Assembly: GCA_015680685.1 (NCBI GenBank)
Contig: MNCI01003473.1
Location: forward strand, 328,898-392,897
Source of the DNA: Gnetum montanum
Taxonomy: Eukaryota; Plantae; Gnetophyta
Length of the DNA stretch: 64,000 nucleotides
Reading direction: 5' to 3'
This document shows, piece by piece, positions 37,302-50,957 of the stretch (position 1 is the first letter of the stretch; every line of letters starts with the position of its first letter). The notes beneath the pieces are model-generated. The model worked only from the letters and a program-made list of their open reading frames with translations, ran no database searches and had not been told where the DNA came from. The position numbers and the translations under genes are program-made.

Positions 37302-38529
37302 TGTTGGAGTAGGAATCATCGTAGCATCGAGATTTGACACAACCTAACACAAAACTAAGCCAAAAAATCTTGTAGCAACCAAATATTCTAGGAAAGCTAA
37401 TTTTTCAACTAATTTACCTCAAATCAAAAGGAGACTTGTAGATTATTGGAAAAATTAGATAATTTGAGCCAAAAATTTTTGCCAAATTTTAGCAGAATAA
37501 AAGTACAAAAGAAAACATTTATGCATAGAATAATGTGTACAAAATAAGTAAAAGCACGTATAACACAAATTTAGAAAAAATAGACCATGGTGTATGGTTG
37601 GCAGGAAAGAAAAATTGATGACAAAGTACCAAATGAAACATATCTAATTCTTTAAAGCATTAAATCAAAGAAGATAATGCAGAAAATAGAAAATAGGTCT
37701 ACAGTAGATTTGGATAATACCATAAACAAAGAACTAAAAAAGGCAAGATCCAAATTACAAGAGAAATTAAAAAATAAGAACCCATTAGAAAAGTTCTAGA
37801 AAATGTACCAAGGATCAAAGGCATTTGAAGAGAAGATTTGTTACCTTGTTTTTTCTCTTATGTATGCACTTGATGTAGATCTAGCAAGAATATTGTAGAT
37901 TTAGAAGCTAATGAAGCAAAGGAATGGATTCGAATGGTATGTGGACATGATTCTAAGTCATTATCCATGTGTTAGGAGGACAACATGAAGAGGATACAAT
38001 GTGTTAGAAGGAAAAAGTGGAGAGAAGTTAGAGAAGTTGATTATCTCCAAAGGAAGAGCAATTATTCTATAAAAAGGCAAAGTCTTTTAAAGAAGAAAAA
38101 TTGAGCTAAGTAGCATAGATAGTTACCAAATGCTAAGAAGATGCTAATTATTTTCAAAAACTAAATGGAGAATTGATTTTGGAGTTGACATGGGACATCA
38201 AAACTAGACGTTGCAAATAAAGAGCCAAAATGATGCTACTTATCACTTAAGATGTTAATTTCTAGCAAGCTAAATATGAAGATTTAGAATCTACATTGCA
38301 AATAACACAAAATGTTGAATCTAGACTACTGGCTATGAGCTGAGAAGCCATGGAATGTACCCAAGACTCTAGCTTATGAAGAACAAAGCCAAAGTGGGTA
38401 CAAAACTTTGATCAATCTTGATGGATACTACTAAAGAGATGAAGGGAAATCCATCAAGAAAAGACATGAGCTAGTAGGTACCTGCAAGAAGATTGAACAA
38501 AGTAGAATAATAGGAGAGAAAATCTAGGA

Positions 38530-39330
38530 CATTGTCAACACACCTACGATGAAGTGCTATGCCAAAGAAGTGGGGTATGGCTAGATTCTAGGAAGCATGC
38601 ATGAAAATGTAGATATAGCACTTCCTAACCAACTCAATTCTTTTAATCACACCCTCATTGAAGTAAAACATAGATACTCATTTGGCCTCACCAATGTAGA
38701 TTATGAAAAGAGAAAGGGATAGAGAAAGAAAGGGAGATAGCAAAAAGTAAAAAGAAAGAGTAATGCAAGTATGGAAAATCATGTTAGGAATATCTCCAAT
38801 ACACCAATAGTGGGGTGTTGCGTTGCAAAAATGGGACATGGCTAGATTCCTAAAATCGACCTCTTCCTTACCTCACTCATATGCAAATTTCATACTCCTT
38901 ATGTCACTCTATACTCAACACTTCCTCACTACATTGGGGAACAAACACTTGTTCAGCCTCACTAATGTTAAATATACAGAGGAATGGAAGTAGATAAAGA
39001 GAGGGAATGAGAGGAAGAAGAGAGAAATATAGTACAAGATAGTAGAAATTTAGAGTATGTGAATGAAAAGAACAAAGGTAGAAGAAGAAAAGAGGATATC
39101 ACCCATACACCTATCATGAGGATGATGCTATGCATAAAATTGGGGTATGGCTAAATCCTACATACTGTATGGTAAAAAAGGATGTCATATATATTGTCAA
39201 AGTAACGCTTTCTTGTTCCACTTAAAAACACATTCAGTCACACCTTCATATGAAGAAACGATATATTTAGTCACTCAAAAACCTTGCTAGTTATGCTAAG
39301 CACATAGAGTAGAATGGGATAGATAGCATA
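38530..39330. repeat. Three diverged ~280-300-bp tandem units in the 3' region of the Tat-like element
   Basis: ACACC...GCTATGC...TGGGG(T/A)(A/C)ATGGCTA(G/A)AT(T/C)CT anchors at ~38539, ~38801 and ~39108. Confidence 0.65.
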
Positions 39331-39849
39331 GAAAAATATGAAGAAAATGTTTTAGCCATTAATGAAGCAAGACTTAATTTTCATTTTTGGAGAACCTAAT
39401 CACTCAGTATGATCAAGATAAGATTTAACACATAAAATTTTTAGTAGAAAAATCCTAAGAGAAAATTTTAAATAGGTTTTAACAAAGTTATCACATAAAT
39501 TAAGAACTTTGTGATAAAAATATTTAAGAAAAATAGTTTTAAAGTCATTTGACTCTATCGAATACAAAGGTTGTAAAATTTCCAGATGATTTGAAGAGCT
39601 AGGTTTTCAATTTTAAAATTGGCACCGTGTAGAATAATTGAGTTAAGACATTAAAGATATGATTTATATGAGTTAAATTGGAATAAACATGCACTATATT
39701 TACCTATTAGATAAACCAAGATTGACATGAGTGGAATCACAGAGCTTATGAATCAATTTCATCTTAATGTGTATTAGAACAAATAGTTGGGTGCTAAGTG
39801 GAACCCTCACTTCAGGAAGGGCTTGATTTAAATTTGAAAAAGAATTATT

Positions 39850-41850
39850 AAAATATGTTTACTATATCAGCTCTTGAGGAAGACATTTTAGTTTGGCAAG
39901 AAGTTTAAAAAATAGCTCTGCCTAAATTAGCTCTACTAACATGAAAGAGGTTTATAGAGTTAAAAGATAGCTCTACAAAGAATGCTTTGTTTGGTTATGC
40001 CATTTGAGCCTATAGAGTTAAACTTAAATTCTACAAGTTAGTTCAAAAATAACTCTACCACATCAGCTTGGAATTTTAGAGTATTTTTCATAGAGCCAAA
40101 ATTCTACTTCATGAAAGAGCTTATTTTCAATTATACCACATCAATGTTTTCTCATATAGAACATGCTCGTAAAGTGAAGAAGCAACTCTACAAATTGGTT
40201 CTATAGCCATGTCATGAAAACTTCTTGAGATAAGCTCATATATAGGATAAAAATTAATTCTATGAGTATTTTCACTTCTACCTTTGCCAAGTTAGATCCC
40301 TTCAAGAGAATTGATTTGTAGGGTTATAAAATAGCTCTACTAAAACACCAATTTCTAGTTTTTCCATGTAGGTTGTTGAGCCCCAATTCTATGAGCGAAG
40401 AATAAGTTCTACAAGATTGTTCCATGAACCACATCAGCATATAGAGGAAGCTTATGGAACAAAAAAGTAGCTCTACAAGAAGATTCTACTCAAGAAAGCA
40501 CCTTATTTACAAATCCCTTATGATACGTGGACTTTGTTTGGGGAAAGTTTGTAGAGTGCAAAACTTGCTACATAAGAAAAGCTGAAAACGATTCTAGGTA
40601 ACCAAGAAGGAAGTTTGGAGTTAAGCCCTTTGTAGAGCCAAGATATGGTTCTATGAAATAGATTTAGAAAATGGCTCTACCATGTCCACATCTGCCATGT
40701 TAGGTTTTTAAAGGAATGAATTCGTAGAAATGAAAATTGGTTCTATGAAAAGCTTAACTTTCAATTATAAGAGCCATGTTAACTCTGTAGATTTGTATCA
40801 TCACATCAACTCACTCGTACAGCTGGTTCATAGAACTAAATTTTTGTTCTATGAATAAGCTTCAAATCAATTTTACAAGACATGTCATTAGAGTGTATTG
40901 AGGAAAGCTTGTATGTAAAACCAAAATTTAGCTCTACAATGAAAGCATAAAGAAAACTCTACCACATCAACCATTTAAGTAAGTAGAAGTGGTTCTTCTA
41001 CATCATTAGCCATGAAGAATAAGTATGGAAGATTTAAAAATGGCTTTACAAAATAATTCTATTAACAACTAAGAATTGTGGAGTAGAAGATTTGAAAGAT
41101 ATTCGACTCTCATCACCAAATTAGCTTATAGAACCAATGTATAAAGTTTTGATTCCATTCTACAAAGAAGTTAACTAGTTGCTTTGCCATGTTAGCAATC
41201 ATGAAGAATTGATTCATAGATCTAAAACATGATTCTACAAAATGGTTCTATAAATAAGCTAAAGGCACATAAAGAGATTTTGAGAAAATGTTCATCCCTC
41301 ACTACCACATCAACTTGTAGAGCTAGTTTGTGAAGTCAAGAATTTAGCTCTATGAACATATCTTAAGGAAGTTTTTCCATGCCATCCTCTATACAATATT
41401 GGTTCATAAAGCCAAAAGTTGGCTCTACAAGGAAAAACTAGATTGTATCTATGAGTCATGTCAACTTTGGAGAAGGGAAGTTGATTGTAGAACCAAAATT
41501 TACCTCTACAAACAAGCTCCTCTTTCATTCTACCATGACAAAATCTTCCACATTAGCTTATAGAACTAGCATATAAAGCCAAAATTTAGCTCTACAAGCA
41601 TTAGAAATAGCTTTACCATGTCAAATTCTTTAAAGAGCAAGCCTTTAGGACATGAAAATTATTTTACGAGTAAGCTTAAAAATGATTATACAAGCCACTT
41701 CAAATCTCACTCTGGGTCCACCAAGAATTGCATACATGTACATAGAATAAATTTATTGAAGAAGCTTGAATTCACTCCATCACGTCAGATTCATTTCTAG
41801 AACAAGTTTCTAATGTTTGAATTTAGCTCTATGAACAATTTGGAAAAGGC
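39850..41850. repeat. Degenerate short-motif array (AGCTCTAC(G/A)A and its reverse complement) inside the Tat-like element
   Basis: Many AGCTCTACA, TTCTATGA, TAGAGC and TAGAAC variants in both orientations. Confidence 0.55.
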
Positions 41851-42249
41851 TCTAGTGGCTAACAATAAAATGAATATTTAAATCCTCAAGCCTTAAATGA
41901 AATAGCTCAACATAATTAAAGCTTGAATAAAATGTTGAGAGCCAAATTGAATAGTTCGTCCCAAGGAAGAAAATTAAAGAATAGGGCTCTAAATATTAAT
42001 AAGCAAGATTTGAAGAGATTTTAAAGAGATTTTAGAGCTCAGAGTTGAACCAAAGCTAAGAATAGAGACAAAACAACCATTGAAGAACATAGGAAAACTC
42101 TAGTTTCTGCAAAAGAAAATATTTAAGATGTTCCATAAATAGAAGAAAGAGGCTTTCCAGAAGTCTCAAGATGTCGACACCTATGTCTTCTCTAAATGCA
42201 TGAAACAATTCAAATTAAACATCTATCAACTCTGCTAATGGAATGATAT

Positions 42250-45050
42250 AGTGCACTTAGAGCTAGAAGTAAAAGAGGTAGAGTTATTTAGTTTTGATGA
42301 GAACCATGATGTGGTGGAAAAATATAGCCTACGATCTATAGAATCAATGGAGGAACGATGGGAAGTTTATGGGAAAACAAGGTTCTATAAGCTTAGGTTT
42401 AGGCTAAGAGAAAACCTCATTAGAGATGTCCTGAATCACTTAATAGCAGAAATAGTTTATGAGAGTCAAGAAGGCGTATGAGCTTTATGGTCCAATGGAG
42501 CCAAACATTATAGAGATAGAGACCCAATAATATAATGAAGAAGTGTTGAGTGGGAAATTCTAGAACCATTCCAAATTAAGGAAAGCCATCAAGCTACCAC
42601 CAACAAGCATAGCAAAGGCATGGGGATATAGGAATCTCATTCTAAAGGCTTTAGAGCTTAGGTTTCCCCATTGGATTTTCATTTTTTCTCTAAATTTTTG
42701 TTCTAGTAATGATATTAATATTGTTGTTGATTATCATGTATGGACTTGGTAGCTATAGAGAATAAGAGACTTTTCTTTCTAGTTTAATATATGAATGATG
42801 CATTACAACAAAGCCTCTTAGAAATCCATGAATAGAGGACTTAGTTAAATATTAGCTTACTTTTATTAGATTATATACTACATGAAGTACCTGAGCCCAA
42901 GAGTATGACCCCAATTTTTGCTGATTATACATCCCAAAGAAGAGTTAGACCAAAGGACCCCTACTATGATTTCTTTCTAGCAGTTTATCAAAGAAGCTAA
43001 TTTGATGCTCAAGCCCTAGAGTTTTTGATGAAATTAGCTTAAAAATTATTAATGAGATAAAAGAAAACTTTCATGAAGCTAATTTTTTACGTACTTATTA
43101 CACCCAAATTCTTATAGCGGGATTTGAAGGGAAGGCCTTCAAATTACCTAGGTTTGTAGCTCCTTATTTAGCAACCTTAGAAGTTGGAAGACAAATGTGG
43201 AAATGCCCCTTAAGGCATGATTATAAACATAAAGAGGCTTTTCCTTTGAATTTTAGCTTCTAGGAATTTATCAATTCAGTGCATTTGAGAGGAATAGCCA
43301 AAAAATACAAAGAGCAATGTAATTTTTCTCTAGCTCCAAAGAGAATTTATTCAACTGCTAAAACCAAAAAAGTTCATTAGCCCCATGAGATAGATGTAGT
43401 TTACTTAAGAACTATAGACAAGAAATGAACCAAGTAAAGGATGAAGTCCCATAATAGCATAAAAAAATTATCAATAAAGCTTCTATTTAGCGCTTGTGAC
43501 CAGTCATCCATTAAAGCATGTAGATGGATGGAGTACATGGATCATCCTTTAGCTAGGGACTTTCCTGATGAATATTTAGCATTAATGGAAGAAACTTATT
43601 TTTCTTAAAAACTATTAGAGCTAGATAAGCCATGCCAGATGAAAGATTCTCACTCAATGAGACAGAATATGTGAGAGATAAGAGAGCTAGGAAATTGAAA
43701 TTAGAAAGAATAAGGCTTAACAAAGAAAAAATTAGCAACAAAAACTTCTAAAGCAACGATGATTAAAGAATCTAGAGCAACAAATTTTAGAGCAACAAAG
43801 ATTGAAGAAGCTAGAGCAACAATAGCTTTTAGAGCAAAGAATAAAAGAGCAGTAATAGCAATAATCACTAGAACAACAAAGATTGATGAAGCTACAAAAA
43901 AAGCAACAAAAGGAAGGGGAAAGCGCATCTTACTATTCTAAATTTTCCTTTGGGATATTTAATGAAGGAAGAAGCTTGGTCATTTAAGATTAAAGAGAAA
44001 GAAGCTAGAATCGTACAAAGCCAAAAGCTTCCCACTAAGCCAAAAACTAAACCTAGTGTCATCTTTCAATACAAAGAAGATTATCCTCAAATAGGAAAGG
44101 AAAAGCATGTAATGTCACCGAATAGATGTTAGACACCATAGCTACTCAGATTGAAGATATGGGATAAGTAGCGAATAATCATATAGCTAAGCTATAAGAA
44201 TTTCTTGTGTAGAAAGAACACTAGACATCAAAGCTGCACAAAGAATTGAAAAGATTCAAAGAGAAAAAAAATAGCTCAAAGCAATGGTAACTATGAAAGA
44301 ATCATTACTAGAAAATAAAGAGCATGTAATGACCTAGTTGGAAGAAAGGCTAGCTGGGATGAGCTTAGAGTTGGAATAGGCTAGAAAAGATAAAGCTTTG
44401 AATCATTCACATTTAGCTCTACCAAATTTTAAGGAATAATTACTAAAATGAATTATAATAAAGAGTGATGAGAAGCAAGAGGTAAAATTATGGAATTTTG
44501 AGGAAAATATGCCATTTTTTGCAAATGAAGAGAAAGGCATAAGAATTGTATGATCTAGCCATAACTAAAAGAGATCTTCTACCCCAATATAAATAGAGCT
44601 TTTTAGATATGATGATTATGGTAGTTATGGGAATCATAAATAAAATTGCCATGAAGAAACTGGAATTAGAAAAAAGCTTGTTCTGGTGTGGGAGCTACAT
44701 TAACTAAGATCATCAACTCTATAACTAAATCAAGTTTGGGAGAAACAAAGGCTAAGGAGATCCTTAAGAAGCTTAATGATATTGATCCAAATATAATGAA
44801 TCAAGCTATTAAGGCCTTGCTTAATCACAAAAGGTTATCTCAACAATTATCAGTTGAAGAACTTCAACTCCAAAGAATAACAAAGAACTTTCAGGAAATA
44901 AAACAATTGTCAAATGGCTTCTAGTTATATGAACAAAATGTAACACCTATGGAGCCTTAACTTTCATAACTACTATAACTACCAAAGGCTAATATATAAA
45001 GCCTTAAATAAATGTAAAAGAAAAAAGGGAGGAAAATAGGAGAAGAAAAA
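42250..45050 (+). pseudogene. Decayed antisense accessory ORF of the Tat-like element
   Basis: Coding-like purine bias on the + strand, YTQILIAGFEGKAFKLPRFVAPYLATLEVGRQ at ~43098-43195, and a long K/E-rich coiled-coil-like tail at 43600-45050. Confidence 0.55.
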
Positions 45051-45619
45051 GCTTGTAAAGACTCTTTTAGAATGGAATTTTAAATAGTTTCTATCTATCT
45101 ATTTTAGCTTCGCTCTCTTAGCTAGTGTTGTGAATTGAATAGGTTTTTTTTTCTTATTCTTTCTAGCTTGAAGTTATATAGCTATACATGAATGGATTGT
45201 TATTGTTGAAACAAGTTATTTTCTCTATGAGTTGAGGTTTAGCTTACTCTTATTATTTTAACTGAATGGGATAGCTTCTTTAAGTGTTAATTCTTAATTA
45301 GTTTAGCATAGAAATATTGTCATCTTTATACGATTTTGAGCTTCATAAATAATCTTATTTCCTTAGTCTCTTACTCTATTTAGCAAAACTTTTGTGTTCA
45401 AGCATCGAAAAGCTAGCTAGCATATAGCTCAGAATTTAAGATTGATATTTTCTATAAAAATGTCCATTTGCTATATTTTTTCTATGAAAATTTTAAAGCG
45501 AAGCTTATAAGAGAGAAATTCAATTTCTTTATTTATGTTAAGAGATAGCCACTAGACATACATAAGACACTAATTCTTTAGAAATACCTTGTTGTCATTA
45601 CAAATAGACCTTTATCATT

Positions 45620-48600
45620 GATCACACTTAGTCATATTTAACTCATTTAAAACCAAAAAGAGGCTATTTGGGGATATCTATGTCTTGGTGGTACCAGAGA
45701 CCAACAACCACCTAAATGAGTTAATTAAGCTACTCCTTATGGTAGAGTCATTCTTGATTTTTCCACAACACCAAGTTAAAAACTTGATGTCAAAAGTAGA
45801 CTCATTGCCCAATTCTATAGTAACATTAGAATTTTTAGGAGAATAAAGGACTCTAGGCTTGCTCACATGTTCAAGCTTAATATCATCTAGTTTGCCACTA
45901 AGTTGATAAGATTAGGTTCCTCGATCAAGGAAAGAAACACTTGAAATTTTTTTGTTAGTTAAGATGATTATCTCATGATTATGAATAGGGATGTGTATAT
46001 CTTAATGTATGGGAGAATATATAGCTTGATGTTGAGCTAGCCAAGTTTGTTCTAGTATACCATTAAAATTAGGATACTCATGTGTCACAATGAAGATAAC
46101 TTTAGATTGCATAGCATCACCTACCATGAAAGGTAATCTAATGAAACCTATAACCTCTACTCGCATACTATTAAATGAATCACAGTTAGTACAATTTTTA
46201 TTGAAAACTACCTAATCATGGAAACTGAGATGCTTGATAATAACCCATGTGATTAGGTTCGATTTGGTACCACCATCAATATGTATCAATGGAATTGAGG
46301 CTTTTGAAGATACCTTAATAGTAATATAAAGTGGAAGCTAATAGATATGTCTTGTCTTCAAATTAGTTTTGATATTCTCATCATAGAAGTTCAAAATATT
46401 TGATCCATAACGAGGAACTTGAAAAAGTGAAGATATGACCTTTGTCTAAGGAGGGATGTCACTTGGAACCATGATTCTCGTAAGAACATCAAAGAGTATA
46501 ACACAATGTTCTTTAGACATTACTAGGACATTATACAAAAAATGTTGGTCCCTTTAGAATGGACAAAGGTAGTCATCTATTGTAAGATCTCATTATCCAT
46601 AGGCTAAGATGCTTGTGAAGAAGGTGCTACCATAACTAGCTATATAGGATTGGAAGAAGGTGGTAGGCTACTTGAGGCAACAGTCTCCTCTTGTTGCTTA
46701 AAAGAAACCTTTCTTATTATCTTAGAAGATTGCTTTTGTGCATCAATGACATTTTCCTTCTATTTATTTAATTGTGAGTCATTAGTTTGTTGACTATGAG
46801 TAAGGAGTTTTATGTAAGATAAGGGTAAGAAATTGAAAGTTGTTTGAGATGCATTAGATGAAAGAGTATTTTAAGGTTTGGAATGGTGCGAAGTAGGATG
46901 AGAACTAGATGAATATGTAGGTTGAGTGGGAGTGGAAGGATGACAATTAGTAGCATAAATATAACAAGAAGATGAAAAAAAATGACTTAGTTTAGATGGT
47001 GCAATGGCATAGTCAAACTAACTGATGATATAAGGTTTCTAAGATTGTAGTGATGAATGCCTTGACTATTTGTAATCAAACCAACATATGATGTAAGGCT
47101 TCTTGGATGAAGACTTACGAGCTTTGTATTTAGGCTTGAAAGCTAAAATTATGCTACTAGCTCTTAAGGAATTCTAAAACACTTTGAGTTGTTAGCTATA
47201 TAGATGCAGAGTGGATGGATTTCTCTCCACCAATATCTTATCCTTATTAATAAGATTCATGATGTTATCTTTTAGATTCTTGTAGTTATCTATGTCATGT
47301 CCAATAGTCTCATGATAGTAGTAGTACTTTTGGTAGTCATTCCACTTAGGCACCTTAGAGGTACCTTTGTGTCTTTGAAAAGGATCCATAGCTATTAGCT
47401 GAATGTAATGGTAGCTTGATCTTACTTGATCAGAAATTTATTTCTTCATAAGATGACCATTCGTAAAAAGATTATTCAAAATTAGTACCTCATAAGTATC
47501 TTGGTAGACTGGTTTTTACTTTTTTAAGGTCTATGTTGATGATTAGAAGAGGAAGCAATTGAGGAAGCATTGTTTTGTCCTTTAGAGAAAGAAGAAATAC
47601 CTACAAAAGTTGGTTGCCATTGCTCTTACTTAGCAACCTTATTAGGCTTGTTATGAACTAACATGAATTCTAAGTCTTTACATTGAATAGTTGCTTCTTC
47701 AATGTATTTGCATCATTCAAAGAGTGAGGCTTAGGATAAGTCATATTCTTCTAAATGTAATTAATCACTGTAGCTTCAAAGATGTCGTGCAAGTGACATT
47801 CCTCAAAATGATAGGGAAATTTTGTTGATGTCACTGTCCATCAAGAAATGAATTAATCATTGAGCTTATTCATAGCTTATTTAATGGCAACAAAAGACAT
47901 CATGCTTATGTTTTGTGGTTGAACTCAAAGCACTCAATGAAGGCTACAAGAAATTTCTCTAGAGAGGTAATAGATCCATGTGCTAGGAACCTGTACCATT
48001 CCAAAGCTCTTTCAAAAAGAGAGTTTGAAAATCATCTCAGCATCATATATAGATAAGGGGCTAGAATCATGCATTTATTTTGGAATGTAACCACATGATT
48101 CATAGGATTTCCTACTTCGCCATTGTACTTAGTAAAAGTACATAGCAAAACTTCCATAGGGAAGATGGGAAAAAGAATTGCAAAGATTATGGAATCACTT
48201 AAGACATGATCCAAGGAAATAGGAGAATTTCCTTACATGCTTAATGCCTTTTTTATTTGTCTTCATTTTTTTAAAGATGGAGCATCATGTCATTAAGGAA
48301 TGCTAGCAAATGCATATCCTTTCTTGGGAATTTGATAATAGGTGGAAGTGTAGTAGTGGATAAGGACATTAAAGGAGGATGCACATAGGGAATGGATCTA
48401 AAGGTTGTAGAAGTAGGTATATCTAAGAAGATTAAATTGTATGGGTATACAAGAAAAGAGAGCATGCTAGTAGCTTGAGAAATGCTAAATGGCTATGGAG
48501 TGGATGCAAAAAGTAAAAAAGACTAGAAGGGGGATATGGTAGGTTGTGATTGAGGGATAGAATGGGTAGCTCCAAAAGGTGGAGTAGAGGATTAAAAATG

Positions 48601-49200
48601 AAGTGAGGATTATTGACATTATTAGGTGGAAACAACTGGTATGGTGGAATAGAGGTTGTAAAAAGGCTAAAAGGTTCAATAGTTAATGGAAGAAATCTAG
48701 GTGTAGTAGTATTAGTAGATGAGATCCTAATGTTATGACTGTGGTGAGATAGAGGATTAATTTTGCTAGGCTCCCCTACTGGTTGCTCTTTGTCTTCATC
48801 TGTTAAGTAAATATCAATGTTGAAGGCAATGCTTTTTCTTATTCCTCTAATAGTAATGTGTGAACTAAGAGGCTAATCCAAGATTCTTTTCATCATAGCT
48901 TCTTCAATCTATAGATGAATGCATTCCTAAATCCTCTCTTGCTCCATGATGAACTTTGCTATCTCCCTAGCATACTTATTATCTAGTTCAATTGGATAAT
49001 TTGTATTAGACAGAAAGGATAGTAGATCATTAGTGCACTCATATTTTGCCATGAGCTTGAATATCAAATATTAAAATATAGCCTAGCTCCCATTTGGCAT
49101 AGGATATTTTGTATTCCTTCAAGCTCAGTTCTCTAGAATATTCTTGATTTCTCCTCAAATCCATCAACTTCTGGATTTTTGAATATCTCAAAGTAGATGA
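45620..49200 (-). pseudogene. Tat/Ogre-type gag-protease remnant
   Basis: FTKYNGEVGNPMNHV, FSNSLFERALEWY, knuckle YYYHETIGHDIDNYKNLK, protease IHIDGGTKSNLI and FNGILEQTWL (cf. YNxLLGRPW). Confidence 0.85.
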
Positions 49201-49532
49201 TGATGCCATAGCAACAACTGTAGAAATGATGTGACTTCATAAGGTTATTCCTAGTGCACCGATTCATCACTACAAATACGTTCACACCTAAAATAGAAGA
49301 TGAGAAGTTCCAATTTTAAAGAGAACATTGAAGTCATAAAGATTGACATGACATCAATTCACTTTAACACAACACATCAATGAGAGTTGATGATTAGAAA
49401 TGCAAAAAATCAAGGTGACATGTTTTTTTTGGCATAACAAGTGAGTAACACTTGAAAAATGTATAGAAGTAGCAAAACATACAAATGTAAGTAGAAAGCA
49501 AATCCTAGAAACAAAGTTTAGTTTCATGGAGG

Positions 49533-49549
49533 CCCTTCTTCTAGTGCTA
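49533..49549 (-). promoter_or_regulatory. Primer-binding site complementary to plant tRNA-Asn
   Basis: Minus strand TAGCACTAGAAGAAGGG matches TGGCGCTAGAAGGAGGG at 14/17, all differences G>A. It lies 6 nt from the LTR end. Confidence 0.7.
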
Positions 49550-50957
49550 GAAAGATGTTATGATAGAAATCATCATAATATCAAGGTTTTACACAACCTA
49601 ACATGAAACTAAGCCAGATAATCTCATGGTTACCAAATAATCCAAGAAAACTACTTTTCAACTAATTTTTCTTAAATTGAAAGAGAACTTGTAGATCATT
49701 GGAAAATTCAACAATTTAAGCTAAACATTAGCAAACTAAAAGAAGAAAAGAAAATATTTATATATGAAATAGCTAGTAGAAAATAAATAAAAGTGCTTAT
49801 AACATAGATATAGACAAAATAAAATGTGATTTATGGTTTGCAAGAAGGAGTGATTAATGACAAAGCGTAAAATGAAATAGATCTAATTTGTTAAAGTGCT
49901 AAATCAAAAAATAAAATGTGTAAAAAAATAGATTTGCACCAAATTTGGATAATACTAGAGATAGAGAACTAAAAAAAGGTAAGATCCAAATTACAAGAGA
50001 AATTAAAAAATTAGGAATTTTCTAGAAATGTTCTAGGAGATGTACTAAGGATCAGAGGCATCTAACGGGAAGCTATGTTATCCCGTTCTTTGTTTGATGC
50101 ATGCATCTGATGTAGATCTAGCAAGAACACTATAGATTTAGAAGCTAATGAAGTAAAGGGATGGATTAGATTGATGTGTGGACCTGATTCCAACAAATTC
50201 TTCATATGTTAAGAGGATAACACAAAGGAAATACAATATTTTAGTAGGGAAAAGGAAAGAGAGATCAAAAAAGTTGATTATCTCTAGAGAGAGAGCAATT
50301 ATTGTACAGAGAGGTAGAGCCTTTAGAAGAAGCAAAACTATGTTGAGCAGTAGAGATAGTTACCAAATGCTAAGCAGATGTTAATTGTCTTCAAAAGCCA
50401 AATGGAGAAAAATGTCAATCAACCCCTTTTAGTTTAGAAGTATCCTCCTATTTATAAGTTAACAATTCCTTGTAGATTATGAAGAAATGATGCATTAGAA
50501 CCCGAAAAATTTCTCAAAATGGTCTAAAATTTTTTGAATAGAAGAATGGACTTGTAAATAGTAGAAAATGATGTCATACATCAAATGCAAAACTGATGCT
50601 GGACATCAAGGACCCAATATGCTACAAAAGTCGGATTTGATACTAGAAGTCAAAAGTGGAATTGATGTCGAACATTAAAATTGGAATTTACAATGGATAT
50701 TAAGAGCTAAAAACAAAATCAAAGCTAGAGTTGATGCCAGATGTCAAAACTGGAAGCCATAAATAAAAATCCAAAATGATGCTACTGTTGACATGAGATG
50801 TCAATTGTTGACAAGCTAAAAATGAAGATCTAGAAACTACATTGTATACGACACAAAATGTTAAATTTGAATCACTAAAGATGGCTTTGATTTAAGAAGA
50901 CATAGAATGTATTTAGGATTATCACTTATGAAAAAGAAAACCAAAGTGGATACAACA

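Larger units (their letters stand above)
37302..50957 (-). mobile_element. Old Tat/Ogre-like Ty3/gypsy element lacking RT/RH/INT, inserted in a LINE
   Basis: LTR pair 49556-50957 (5') and 37302-~38405 (3', with an internal deletion). Termini TGTT...AACA. TSD CTTTG at 37297-37301 and 50958-50962. tRNA-Asn-type PBS. gag-protease on the minus strand. Confidence 0.82.

Noticed and set aside
43553-43941. Hydrophobic minus-strand ORFs that look like membrane proteins
   Set aside because: They are antisense shadows of a purine-rich K/E/R repeat region in the TE accessory ORF.
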